64,000 bases of DNA from a virus, in IMG/VR virus record IMGVR_UViG_3300037809_000520, positions 3,259 through 67,258 of that record, one strand, 5' to 3'. Under the pieces are notes generated by a model, which saw only the letters and a program-made list of their open reading frames with translations, searched no databases and had not been told where the DNA came from. Position numbers and translations under genes: made by a program. Positions 19,959-29,461 of the stretch are shown piece after piece (position 1 is the stretch's first letter; the number at the start of each line of letters is the position of its first letter).

Positions 19959-20831
19959 TTAATAATCCCATTCTTCATCATCTTCTTCATCATCATAACC
20001 ATAATCATCATCATCATCATAATCTTCTTCATCTTCATACTCAGCATCATAATTAAACATATCCTCATCTGATTCAGTATAATTTCCATCTTTACTATCT
20101 ATATAATCTAATATTTTTTCTAAAGCAAATTCAGTTAATCGTTCATATATTTTTTCTTCATCTCCTGAAGATGACATAATTTTACTAAAAATACTTTTTA
20201 ATGTCGATTGTATTTCTGAAGGAATATCTGTTGAATTAATTAAAAATGAATGAGCAGGACCTGCTGTTTCAGTACCATATCCTTTATAATAGAAATCTCC
20301 ATCATTATAATAACGATAAATAATTTTATTTATAGCTCTTAATAATTCACCTTCAATTGTATCAGCATTACCTTGTCCAGGTACTAATTTTTCAAAGTAA
20401 TCATTACTTCTTTTTTCTAATTCACCTCCAACCCATTCTTTAATCTTTTTCTTTTTTGATATTGCTGTGTCTTTACACATCTCATCAAATTCAGGTCCGT
20501 CTTGAGAGCATGCCCATTTTCTTTGTTTTTCAGAGAAAACTTCTTTTAGTTTTTGATTTTCATTTAACTTAAACTGTTGTGTAAGTTTTTCCCAAGAATA
20601 GTTTTTATCAACCCACCCTTGTAATTTTTCTTCATCCCAATCTTTCTTAAATTTATTAGCATTATTAAGATCTGTTAAGATTTTTAATTTTTTAGCAGTA
20701 CGTTCGTTCCACTCTTTATTTGATAATTCCTTTTCTGCTTTTCGACTTACATCTATGGCATCCCACCTTGATTCGGTTGATTCTGTTAATCTACCTTCTG
20801 CTAAATATTTTTTTAAATCGAAATTTTTCAT
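19959..20831 (-). CDS. Tagged modular protein (start revised to 20831)
   Basis: Begins MKNFDLKKYLAEGRLTE; internal LNE/LKE/IKE boundaries; acidic tail. Confidence 0.7.
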   Translation of the reverse strand: MKNFDLKKYLAEGRLTESTESRWDAIDVSRKAEKELSNKEWNERTAKKLKILTDLNNANKFKKDWDEEKLQGWVDKNYSWEKLTQQFKLNENQKLKEVFSEKQRKWACSQDGPEFDEMCKDTAISKKKKIKEWVGGELEKRSNDYFEKLVPGQGNADTIEGELLRAINKIIYRYYNDGDFYYKGYGTETAGPAHSFLINSTDIPSEIQSTLKSIFSKIMSSSGDEEKIYERLTEFALEKILDYIDSKDGNYTESDEDMFNYDAEYEDEEDYDDDDDYGYDDEEDDEEWDY

Positions 20832-20841
20832 TTGTTTTATT

Positions 20842-21348
20842 TTACGGTGTAGTAGAATATATATATTCGTTAAATTGAAGATTGATATACTTGTCATATG
20901 GCATCGTACCCACATTATAAGCAAATTTATCTTTACCAATAGGAGCTTCATTTTTATTAATAAACCGTTTACGTTTTGTAACAAAATCTATTAAATATTG
21001 CTCTGGGTCTTCTTGTTTTTTTAATTGAGGGTGATTAGCTAATATTGGTTTAATTCTTTTTACTATATCTTCTACCGAATCTCTTTCGTATGCCATTTCG
21101 GCTATATCTTCTTCTTTAATTACACCTTCAGATAAATCTATATATGATTTCAAATCATCAAGTAAATCTTTATCTGTAGAGTTTTCATAGGCATCAGGTT
21201 CAAAATTTCCATCGAGTTCATCTATATAATCTTCAATATATTCATCCTCTATGCCTTTTTCTTTTCCTAATTTCCTAACTCTTGAAGCAATTTCATCTGC
21301 AGTTACACCTTCTGTAAGGAATTGTCTAAATCTGTATAGTTCTTTCAT
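20842..21348 (-). CDS. Acidic small protein with variant leader
   Basis: MKELYRFRQFLTE leader; internal LSEGVIKE. Confidence 0.65.
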   Translation of the reverse strand: MKELYRFRQFLTEGVTADEIASRVRKLGKEKGIEDEYIEDYIDELDGNFEPDAYENSTDKDLLDDLKSYIDLSEGVIKEEDIAEMAYERDSVEDIVKRIKPILANHPQLKKQEDPEQYLIDFVTKRKRFINKNEAPIGKDKFAYNVGTMPYDKYINLQFNEYIYSTTP

Positions 21349-21355
21349 TTTATTT

Positions 21356-21706
21356 TTATATTATATCTTGTATTTTAGTATATTGATCTGCAGTTAGAAC
21401 ATCAAAAGTATAATCTTCAAAATCACCACCATCATAAAGTATAGTTGATACTGCTCCAGCAATATCATTTCTTAATTCTTTTGAATCAGCATTTAAAGCT
21501 TTAACTGCCTTAACATAATCTTTAAATGTGTTCATAGCTTCATCGGATACTTTTCCAAATTCAGCATCAACACCACCAGCATCAATTACATCATCATTTC
21601 CTACTTTAATTTCTCCTGCTGCCCATTCTGACCAGTAGTCTCTTAAATTATCTTCTTTTAGTAGCCTACCTTCAGCTAAATATTTTTTTAAATTGAAATT
21701 TTCCAT
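21356..21706 (-). CDS. Tagged small acidic protein (start revised to 21706)
   Basis: MENFNLKKYLAEGRLLKED. Confidence 0.7.
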   Translation of the reverse strand: MENFNLKKYLAEGRLLKEDNLRDYWSEWAAGEIKVGNDDVIDAGGVDAEFGKVSDEAMNTFKDYVKAVKALNADSKELRNDIAGAVSTILYDGGDFEDYTFDVLTADQYTKIQDII

Positions 21707-21722
21707 TTTTATTTTATTTATT

Positions 21723-22124
21723 TTATCTCCAAAATTCACTTCCTTCTACCATCCAACGTTCAAAATCTTTATCAGAATGTACAAACTCTACACCTTTTGG
21801 ATTTCCTATAAAGTAATCATCAAGCATTTGTTCTGTATCAATTTCAAATCCTAAATACTCTGACATTTTATCTTCATTAGTTTCTAAAAATTTGTCTCCA
21901 TTTTCGGATGTAAAGTCTTTTTTATCTTCTTCAACGTTTGCAGGATCAGTAAAATATCCATAGTTAATATAATCTATAAATTCTTCTTCTAATTTTTTTA
22001 CATCAACATCCATGTATTTGGTATAACTAAAGAAATCAAGTAATTCTTGTCCTCTTAGCTTAGTGATGTCTTCTTTTAATAGTTTACTTTCAGCTAAATA
22101 CTTTTTTAAATTGAAATTTTCCAT
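21723..22124 (-). CDS. Tagged small acidic protein
   Basis: MENFNLKKYLAESKLLKED. Confidence 0.7.
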   Translation of the reverse strand: MENFNLKKYLAESKLLKEDITKLRGQELLDFFSYTKYMDVDVKKLEEEFIDYINYGYFTDPANVEEDKKDFTSENGDKFLETNEDKMSEYLGFEIDTEQMLDDYFIGNPKGVEFVHSDKDFERWMVEGSEFWR

Positions 22125-22135
22125 TTACTTTTATT

Positions 22136-22504
22136 TTAAAAGTTAAGTGCTATTTTTTTAGCTGTTTCTCCTTCTTCAGGGGTTATTAATCCTTGTTTAA
22201 CATGAACATCAATAGCATCTAGAACAGACTCACGATCTGCTCCTGTTCCAACATCTAAATTTGCTTGTTTTACCCACTCGTCTTCTAAAGCCATGTAATC
22301 TTCAATAGACATTGTTTTAGGAGCGGGTAAAATATTACTTTTAATCCATCCAGCATCTTCTACATCAAAGCCAAAATCATCCGGTGAGGTAAGTACATCT
22401 TTAATGTAGTCATTACCACCAAACATAATAGTGGTGTCAACCATTATCTCTTCTTTTAATAGTTTACTTTCAGCTAAATATTTTTTTAAGTCAAATTCTT
22501 TCAT
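22136..22504 (-). CDS. Tagged small acidic protein
   Basis: MKEFDLKKYLAESKLLKEE. Confidence 0.7.
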   Translation of the reverse strand: MKEFDLKKYLAESKLLKEEIMVDTTIMFGGNDYIKDVLTSPDDFGFDVEDAGWIKSNILPAPKTMSIEDYMALEDEWVKQANLDVGTGADRESVLDAIDVHVKQGLITPEEGETAKKIALNF

Positions 22505-22515
22505 TGTTATATTTT

Positions 22516-23037
22516 TTATATAAAATTAGATAAACCCCATTCCCCATCTCCTTCTGAGCTAGGCATATAATATTTTATTAGGGGTTTGAATATTTTCTCC
22601 ATACCCGATTTTCTAACCTTAATAATTTCATCTTCGATTCTTGTTGATCTAATACTACTTATAAGCTTTTCAAATTCGGGTGTGATTTCATCCAATTTGA
22701 AGGTGAAAATAGCGTAATTCCCCATCATATCAACACCCGGTTGTTTCCTTCTTTCGTTTATGTATTTTCCTTTAAAAAAGGAATCACCTATTGTTTTTAC
22801 AAATACATCTGTGGGTGTATCTTCATCACCAACAGATCCATTAACCCTTATAGCTGTTACACCCCCTATTGGTTTCTCCTCAAACACCCTTGATATTTCC
22901 TCTTTGATTATTTTACGTAGTTCCGATTTTTTCATTTTATTTGGTTTTATAAAATCTTTATACCTTCCTGTTTTAATTAAATGTTCTTCCAATAGAGGAT
23001 TTTTTGATATAAATGTTTTTAAGTCAAAATCTTTCAT
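22516..23037 (-). CDS. Protein with two leader types in tandem
   Basis: MKDFDLKTFISKNPLLEE followed by MKKSELRKIIKEE. Confidence 0.65.
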   Translation of the reverse strand: MKDFDLKTFISKNPLLEEHLIKTGRYKDFIKPNKMKKSELRKIIKEEISRVFEEKPIGGVTAIRVNGSVGDEDTPTDVFVKTIGDSFFKGKYINERRKQPGVDMMGNYAIFTFKLDEITPEFEKLISSIRSTRIEDEIIKVRKSGMEKIFKPLIKYYMPSSEGDGEWGLSNFI

Positions 23038-23057
23038 TTTTATTTTATTGGTTTATT

Positions 23058-24089
23058 TTAATTAAATCTTCTGCTTATATTAGTTGCTTCACCAGCTACT
23101 ACTTTACCATTTTGTAAAAGAACAACTCCATTAGCTGAATCACCATCAGCTTCTGAATTGTTAATAAGTCTATTTAGTTCTTCATAATACATATCCAAAT
23201 TATCTTCTATGTGTTTATTAAAGACACTTTCCCAATTATCTCCAGCTGCATCTAATTCATCTGTAAGTCCAAATTTTCTTTCAAAGTGTTCGATATCCCA
23301 ATAACTTTTAATAGAATCTTTTATATATTCTTCTTTACTATCATAAACAATATAATCAGGACCTTCATCATTCCAAAATATCATGTGGTACATTCCTGGT
23401 TTAAGGTCAATCATATATTCATCACTAAATTGTTCTTCTTCAGAAGAAGCATCATGTTCAGCTCTATTTCCTATATAAAGTTCTTGATAATCATCATGGC
23501 TAAGTATTGTAGCCATATCTATATCTTCTTTTAATAGCTTACCTTCAGCTAAACCTGATAGTTTATCTTTAGCCCATTCTTTAGCCAATTTTACGGCTTC
23601 ATCTTTAGAATAAAATCCTTGTTCTACAGCATTCATTATCTCATAATAGTCATCGCTTACAATTTCTTCAGCAGATGCATCTATAATACCCTGAAGATAT
23701 ACTTCAGGTTCTACTACCATAGCACCCATTGCACCTTCAAATTCATCTTCCATTTCTGGGAAGTCTATAGCTTCATTTAATAGCTTACCTTCAGCTAAAT
23801 ATTTTTTTAAATCGAAATTTTCCATTTGGGTTTGTTTTATATTATGTAATTTATCATACCATGCTTTATATTCGGGATCTCTAAGAAGATTAGCTGTAAC
23901 CATATCTGACATTGCATCAAATCCACCATTATCAAAACGATCTAGTTCATACTGAGCATCATCTGGGTCTTTAACGTATTTCATGATAATATCAAGTAAC
24001 GCATCCATACTTTCATCATCAAAGACTGTAGGTTCGTTTTCAAATAGCTTACCTTCAGCTAAATATTTTTTTAAATCGAAATCTTTCAT
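23058..24089 (-). CDS. Fusion of three tagged modules
   Basis: MKDFDLKKYLAEGKLFE, internal MENFDLKKYLAEGKLLNE and LAEGKLLKED. Confidence 0.7.
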   Translation of the reverse strand: MKDFDLKKYLAEGKLFENEPTVFDDESMDALLDIIMKYVKDPDDAQYELDRFDNGGFDAMSDMVTANLLRDPEYKAWYDKLHNIKQTQMENFDLKKYLAEGKLLNEAIDFPEMEDEFEGAMGAMVVEPEVYLQGIIDASAEEIVSDDYYEIMNAVEQGFYSKDEAVKLAKEWAKDKLSGLAEGKLLKEDIDMATILSHDDYQELYIGNRAEHDASSEEEQFSDEYMIDLKPGMYHMIFWNDEGPDYIVYDSKEEYIKDSIKSYWDIEHFERKFGLTDELDAAGDNWESVFNKHIEDNLDMYYEELNRLINNSEADGDSANGVVLLQNGKVVAGEATNISRRFN

Positions 24090-24106
24090 TTTATTTTATT
24101 AGTTTA

Positions 24107-24154
24107 TTATACATATGTCAATTTATTCAAAATATTACATCCGCATTTACACAT
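24107..24154 (-). pseudogene. 15-codon remnant resembling the N-terminus of the 26898 gene
   Basis: MCKCGCNILNKLTYV* versus MCNCGCNTC; has its own TATTTATA at 24167-24174. Confidence 0.5.
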
Positions 24155-24175
24155 ATCTTATTTTATTATAAATAT

Positions 24176-25759
24176 TTATAATTTTTTTGCTTTTGATATT
24201 TCTATCGTATTTTGCTCTCCACCATTACTTCTAGCTGATATTTTTAGTTGGTATTGAGATATTCTATCATCACCTACCATTATATTTACAGTCATATCAA
24301 TAATTAAAGAACCATTTTTATTACCATCATATATTTTGATTTTTGTTCCTGGGGTTAATTTAGCTGTTGCTCCCGCTGGGAATTTTTCTGGTGTATCGGC
24401 AGTTGATCCATCAGTTTTTCCTATTAATTTAAAATATGTTGGGTTAACACCTGAAATAGACATACCATAAGCTGCCATTTTAACAAGTGCTGTAACTGGG
24501 TTTGTTTCTCCAGCCTTATCTTTAAACCAAGTTATTAAATAATCTAAAGCTTTATAAGCAGCTAATTTAAATTTTTTCTGTTGTATTGTTGGTGGGTTTT
24601 CTCCTGCTTTAAAATCAATAAATTCTTGATTACCAAGTTTACCCATTACAGTACTTTTATAAGAACCCAATGCAGTATCAAAATCATACCCATCTTGCAT
24701 TTCATCTTTACTTAAGCCATATATTGGGGGAAGTGGTTTGTTATCTCCATCTGCGGGTAGTAAATCAGGATTTAAATTTTTAAGAAACCCTTTTGCTTTA
24801 CCACCTTGTGCATTTTGTTGTTTTAATGATACTGCGACAAATTCAGCATCCGTTTCTCCCCATTGACCTTCAAATAATTCATTAAGTTTACCCCAAGGCA
24901 TAGCATCTGTTTCTAATTTTTTTACATCAAACCCTGGTTTGAGTTCTACATAAATATCTCCTGGGTTCCATTTATCTTTATCTATACCTGTTGCTGCCGC
25001 ACCTGCTGATCTTATCTTTTCAAAAGCTCCATCTCGGATTAAATCATAACTACCATAATCTGCGTGTAATCTTTTTGCTGATGAAAGTGGATCATTTAAT
25101 GCCGCTAAAGCAGCTAAACTTGAATTTGCATTTTCTCCCTTTAATATAGGTAATTTTTTATTAACTTCTTTTTTTGAGGTGTCATCCATACCTTTAGTAT
25201 TAATTGGTAAGGAATTTAAAAGTTCATAATAATTTTCTGATGTGAATGGGTCTTTTTTTTTATTCCAATCATCTTTTAACGCATTAAAAAATAAAATTAC
25301 TAATCCTTCTTTAACATTTGTATTTGTACTAAATTTACTTCCAGCACCTTTAATAACAAATATTTCTCCATCTTCTGTTTCTAAATAAAACGCACCTTTA
25401 TTTGATGTTACCTTACCTGGTGGTAATGCTCCTTTTTTAACTAGATCATCAGTTAAATCTTTTCTAAGCCCTCTACCTTTTTCACTTACATCTTTTAAAT
25501 AAATCCAAGTACCTTTTGGAGTACCAACACCTGTTTTCTTTGTTTGGATTGCTTCTACTTCATAACCATCTAAAGCATTTATTCTTGATTTTAAATCCAA
25601 TAAATCTTCTGGTAGGCCTTCTGAATCTTCAAATTCCATAACGACTAATTGTTCCAATAATGTTTCTAGTAATAAAACATCCTGATCATTATTCATGTCA
25701 GGATATCCTTTAGGAAATTTATATGCTATTTTATTTAAAAATTTATCTATTACATCCAT
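24176..25759 (-). CDS. Putative PD-(D/E)xK restriction-endonuclease-fold protein
   Basis: KDKWNPGDIYV...FVAVSLKQ motif pair; N-terminal leader ending LLETLLE. Confidence 0.5.
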   Translation of the reverse strand: MDVIDKFLNKIAYKFPKGYPDMNNDQDVLLLETLLEQLVVMEFEDSEGLPEDLLDLKSRINALDGYEVEAIQTKKTGVGTPKGTWIYLKDVSEKGRGLRKDLTDDLVKKGALPPGKVTSNKGAFYLETEDGEIFVIKGAGSKFSTNTNVKEGLVILFFNALKDDWNKKKDPFTSENYYELLNSLPINTKGMDDTSKKEVNKKLPILKGENANSSLAALAALNDPLSSAKRLHADYGSYDLIRDGAFEKIRSAGAAATGIDKDKWNPGDIYVELKPGFDVKKLETDAMPWGKLNELFEGQWGETDAEFVAVSLKQQNAQGGKAKGFLKNLNPDLLPADGDNKPLPPIYGLSKDEMQDGYDFDTALGSYKSTVMGKLGNQEFIDFKAGENPPTIQQKKFKLAAYKALDYLITWFKDKAGETNPVTALVKMAAYGMSISGVNPTYFKLIGKTDGSTADTPEKFPAGATAKLTPGTKIKIYDGNKNGSLIIDMTVNIMVGDDRISQYQLKISARSNGGEQNTIEISKAKKL

Positions 25760-25780
25760 CTAATGATAGTATTTTGATTT

Positions 25781-25813
25781 GTAAATATACGACTCTTGTT
25801 TTAGGGAGCCACG
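25781..25813 (-). promoter_or_regulatory. Bacteroidota-type promoter
   Basis: GTGG-N-CGTATATTTAC upstream of ATG 25759. Confidence 0.55.
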
Positions 25814-25827
25814 TAATTTATATTATT

Positions 25828-26898
25828 CTACCAAGCTTTACAAGACCAATATCTGGCCTTAGTTTTAGGTCCTGGGGTATCACATTTATGTCTTTTTGCA
25901 AATGCAGCACGGGCTTTGGAGTCATTTATTTTTGCTCTTAAACCACCAGATCCAAATCTAACGGTTTTAATTTTCTTGGTTTTAGGATCCTTAACGTATA
26001 CTTTATATGCTTTTCCACCGGATGTATCACGCATTGGTTTTCCTATTGGTCTATTGTCTTTTTTCTTAGCTTTTTTCTTTTTAGCTTCATCTAAGCTGCC
26101 AGCTTGTAATCTAACAAACCCATTATCTTTTAACCACTTAGCTGCTTCTTTAGCATTAGAAGCTTCTCCATCAAAATCATCAGTTTGGAAATAATAACCC
26201 TCTGGTGTCTTATAAACATCTACCATACCATCAGGACCATCAAAAATTGCAATGTGGTTTGAAGAATTAAAAGTTCCTTCATTCATAGACATATTATCTA
26301 TTTCATCATGAACCCATTCTTTTTCATTGTCACCTAATTGGTCATAATCCATTCCAAATTCCATATTTGCTAACTCGTCTTCAAGATCCATTTGCTCATT
26401 TAATTCAATAGGAAAATCTAATGGTACTTTTTTATTTTCAGCTAATTCAAATTTATCGAATTTATTTAAATCATTTAAAGATTTTAATTCAACTCTTTTA
26501 CCATCACTACCTAATCCATAAACTGTAGCATCATATTTACCAAACCCATCTGAGCGTACTCCTTTAAGTTTTTGTTTTAATTCTGCTCCTGCTCTACGCT
26601 TACTTACTGTTGATGTTTGTTCTAATAAACCAAAATGGCCTAAATTAGTTTCTGTAAGTAAAGCTAAATCATCTTTATTAGTAAATTCTAAAATACCTCT
26701 ACTATATAAAGATCTTGCTTCTGCAAATAATTTAAAATAATCACGTGAACCAATGCTGCATAAATGCTTAATAAGCGGTTTATTATTGTCTATATGATAT
26801 CTTAAATCCCTAGACAACATAGCCCTTGGAGCTTTGCTCTCATTAAGTACTAACGCAGTACTTTTAGTCTTACACGTATTACATCCACAGTTACACAT
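25828..26898 (-). CDS. Modular protein with Cys-rich N-terminus and basic C-terminal domain
   Basis: MCNCGCNTC; LNE/LLE/LAE/MNE/LDE boundaries; VRFG...AFAKRHKC...ARYWSCKAW. Confidence 0.65.
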   Translation of the reverse strand: MCNCGCNTCKTKSTALVLNESKAPRAMLSRDLRYHIDNNKPLIKHLCSIGSRDYFKLFAEARSLYSRGILEFTNKDDLALLTETNLGHFGLLEQTSTVSKRRAGAELKQKLKGVRSDGFGKYDATVYGLGSDGKRVELKSLNDLNKFDKFELAENKKVPLDFPIELNEQMDLEDELANMEFGMDYDQLGDNEKEWVHDEIDNMSMNEGTFNSSNHIAIFDGPDGMVDVYKTPEGYYFQTDDFDGEASNAKEAAKWLKDNGFVRLQAGSLDEAKKKKAKKKDNRPIGKPMRDTSGGKAYKVYVKDPKTKKIKTVRFGSGGLRAKINDSKARAAFAKRHKCDTPGPKTKARYWSCKAW

Positions 26899-26923
26899 AT
26901 TATTTCATTTTATTTTTTAACCC

Positions 26924-27376
26924 CTATGCATCTATATCAATGTTATCATCTACCTCAACATCTACATCTTCTCCACCACCTTCACTTCCACCTTCAACAG
27001 CATCAGTGTCAGCTTTTACACCATATCGTAAAATACGTGCAATAGCTTCAGTTGCTCTTTCTTCTTCTGGTAGGTTTAATAGATAGTATTTTTTGCCTTC
27101 AACTTGAGCTATCCAACTGGTTTTTGTATAAATTAAATAAAAATCTTGGTCATTTTTAAGATTTATTCTAAATGTTGTAGGTTTTGGGGCAACCCAATCA
27201 ATTGATGATAAAAATGAATCAAATTCATGAGTTAATAAGTCAACAATAACAGCTTTTAGCTCTGGGAATTTAGTTAATTCATCATATTCCACTGCAGCTT
27301 CTTCTGCTTGTTTCTTATTACCAACAACAGTTGGGACAAGTAATCTTATCTTTTCCCTTAATTCTGCTGCTGTCAT
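26924..27376 (-). CDS. Hypothetical protein
   Basis: Intact ORF in operon, acidic tail. Confidence 0.65.
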   Translation of the reverse strand: MTAAELREKIRLLVPTVVGNKKQAEEAAVEYDELTKFPELKAVIVDLLTHEFDSFLSSIDWVAPKPTTFRINLKNDQDFYLIYTKTSWIAQVEGKKYYLLNLPEEERATEAIARILRYGVKADTDAVEGGSEGGGEDVDVEVDDNIDIDA

Positions 27377-27377
27377 A

Positions 27378-29459
27378 TTATTTTTGTTTTGCTGTTGGAC
27401 CTTTACCTCCGCCTTTTGCTTTATATGATGCTACTGCACCTGCAATTGCTTTTGCTGCTTTTTCGGATTTACCTGATTTTTTACCTTTTACTGGTTTACT
27501 TTCATTCATTGAATTATTCAACATTTCATTCTGAGCTTTGTTTTGTGATTCACCTATGTTTGGATATTTACCAATTACGGGTTTTTTAGAATTCAATGAT
27601 TTCTTGGCAAACTTCATCCATGTAGTATAATCCTCTTTACTACCAAAATCGTCTGCATTTACTGATTTGAAAAACCTCGTATCAATATAAATTATTGCAA
27701 ATTCTTCACCGTTACCACCATTTCCATCTACACCAATGTAATCCGTTTCATCTTCCAATGTGTATCCAAATAATTCATCATTTTTAAGTTGAGTTGCTTT
27801 TTGAACTGCCTGTTTGAATGATGGGTAGTTTGCAACATCATCATGTCCATGTTTTACACCGTGATATTCAACATTATAATGTGATTTTCTACTCTTTACA
27901 GGTTTACTCTCATTCATTCTACCATCTTGATCTTCATCCTTAGCATCAATTTTTTTATCCCAAAATCCTTTAGGTAAACCTTCTTTTAAATCTTTAGCTA
28001 ATTTTTCTGCTATTGTACTATATTTAGATGGTTTATTTTCATTTACTGCTGCACCTTCAAAATATTCAGCAGGACCTATTTTCATTTTACTTTTATCAGT
28101 AACACCGGTGTCAAACCAAGCTTTAATAGCATTATCAACATTTTGACCACCTAAGAAATAGCTTAGTAGACTTTCTAATCCTTTAGCTCCATCATCTACA
28201 AAATCATCAAATTGTTCTTCGGTATCAAATTCCATTTTGTCATCTGATGTAAATAAATAAGTTGGTTTATTTTGTAAATTAGACATAGCAAAGGGCATTC
28301 CACTACCTTCGTGGTTTCCAAAATAAGATTCTTTAAGGGATACAATATCTTTTGATGGTGTTTCTTTATATTTGAAATAAATAGCATATCTTTTTTTATT
28401 GCCATTATAGTCTTCTAAATATACTATTTTTTTAGCAAATGCTTTTCCGTTGTAGGCACGGCGCCATTTATTCATGTTCATAGTTTCGTTTATTGGTTTT
28501 TGGTTTTCTTCAAACGCCCCCGAAGCATATTCTCTTCCTACGGAAACATCACCTAATTCATTTGGGGTATATAATGACGCTTGAAATCCAGTATCGTCAT
28601 CTGTACCTAATTGGCCAGTTTCTTCAGCTACTGCTTGATCATATGTCATTTCTTTTCTTCCTCTTAACTTATCTAATTGTTTATCAATTTTATTAAGCAT
28701 ATAACCATACTCATCTGCAATTGGTCCTCCTTCTGGCTCTGCTTCTTGTTCCATATCCATTAATAATTCTTCTCTTTTAGCTAACAATAAACCTATATGA
28801 TAGGAATTATCTTTTGGTTTTTTAGGAGATTTTTTTGATTTAATTTTAGATTTTTCTTTCATTGCAGCCTCAAATTCTTTTCTATCTTTAGCCATTTGTC
28901 TCATTACACGAACTCTAACATTGAAAGGATCATTTATATCTGTGTCTTCACCTAATGGCTCTGAAAATTTAGAACTAATAGGTTCGTCATTTAAAAATGG
29001 GTCATCTGCTACTATATCAATATGGTCTCTTATCATTGAATCTAAATATAAATTAGCATCATCTGTAGATAATGCTTTCATTAGGGACTGAATAATATAA
29101 TCATCATCACCAATAGCATCTCTAAGTCTATCTAATTTACCCCATGCTTTTTCATCTAAAGTTTCTTTTAGATTTTTTTCAATAGCAGATCCCCTAGTTT
29201 TTTCATAATCTGATAGCTTACCATCCTTATTTAAATCGGCTTTTTTAGGATTTTTTAAAGCATCTTTAATCAACTCAGTTAGTTTAGGGTCTCTCATTTC
29301 TTTAGTTTGTTTTTTTGCCATATTAGTAGCACGCCCATACATAACTGCCTCTGCATCTTTACCATATTTCTTAACAAGGTCACGTTTGTTACCTTTCATA
29401 TTCATGATAATATCTTCCCTTTTTTTAAGTTCTGACTTAGACAGCTTACGTTCGTTCAT
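27378..29459 (-). CDS. Large modular putative head-cargo polyprotein
   Basis: Many short segments bounded by MNE/LKE/LDE/INE/VNE; MNESKPVK occurs twice. Confidence 0.6.
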   Translation of the reverse strand: MNERKLSKSELKKREDIIMNMKGNKRDLVKKYGKDAEAVMYGRATNMAKKQTKEMRDPKLTELIKDALKNPKKADLNKDGKLSDYEKTRGSAIEKNLKETLDEKAWGKLDRLRDAIGDDDYIIQSLMKALSTDDANLYLDSMIRDHIDIVADDPFLNDEPISSKFSEPLGEDTDINDPFNVRVRVMRQMAKDRKEFEAAMKEKSKIKSKKSPKKPKDNSYHIGLLLAKREELLMDMEQEAEPEGGPIADEYGYMLNKIDKQLDKLRGRKEMTYDQAVAEETGQLGTDDDTGFQASLYTPNELGDVSVGREYASGAFEENQKPINETMNMNKWRRAYNGKAFAKKIVYLEDYNGNKKRYAIYFKYKETPSKDIVSLKESYFGNHEGSGMPFAMSNLQNKPTYLFTSDDKMEFDTEEQFDDFVDDGAKGLESLLSYFLGGQNVDNAIKAWFDTGVTDKSKMKIGPAEYFEGAAVNENKPSKYSTIAEKLAKDLKEGLPKGFWDKKIDAKDEDQDGRMNESKPVKSRKSHYNVEYHGVKHGHDDVANYPSFKQAVQKATQLKNDELFGYTLEDETDYIGVDGNGGNGEEFAIIYIDTRFFKSVNADDFGSKEDYTTWMKFAKKSLNSKKPVIGKYPNIGESQNKAQNEMLNNSMNESKPVKGKKSGKSEKAAKAIAGAVASYKAKGGGKGPTAKQK

Positions 29460-29461
29460 TC

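Larger units (their letters stand above)
20790..24089 (-). repeat. Dispersed ~40-55 nt repeat encoding MxxF[DN]LKKYLAE[GS][KR]L at gene starts
   Basis: Copies with ATG at 20831, 21706, 22124, 22504, 23825 (internal) and 24089; degenerate copy at 23037; partial LAEGKLLKED near 23550. Confidence 0.9.

Noticed and set aside
20832-20984. Track start sites at 20984, 21739 and 58431
   Set aside because: Extensions overlap upstream genes or promoter-like sequence; downstream ATGs (20831, 21706, 58383) have the tag or proper start context
20790-24089. Repeat array as a CRISPR array or integron attC array
   Set aside because: Repeats are in-frame protein-coding with synonymous variation, hundreds of bases apart, non-palindromic; no cas or integrase gene in the window
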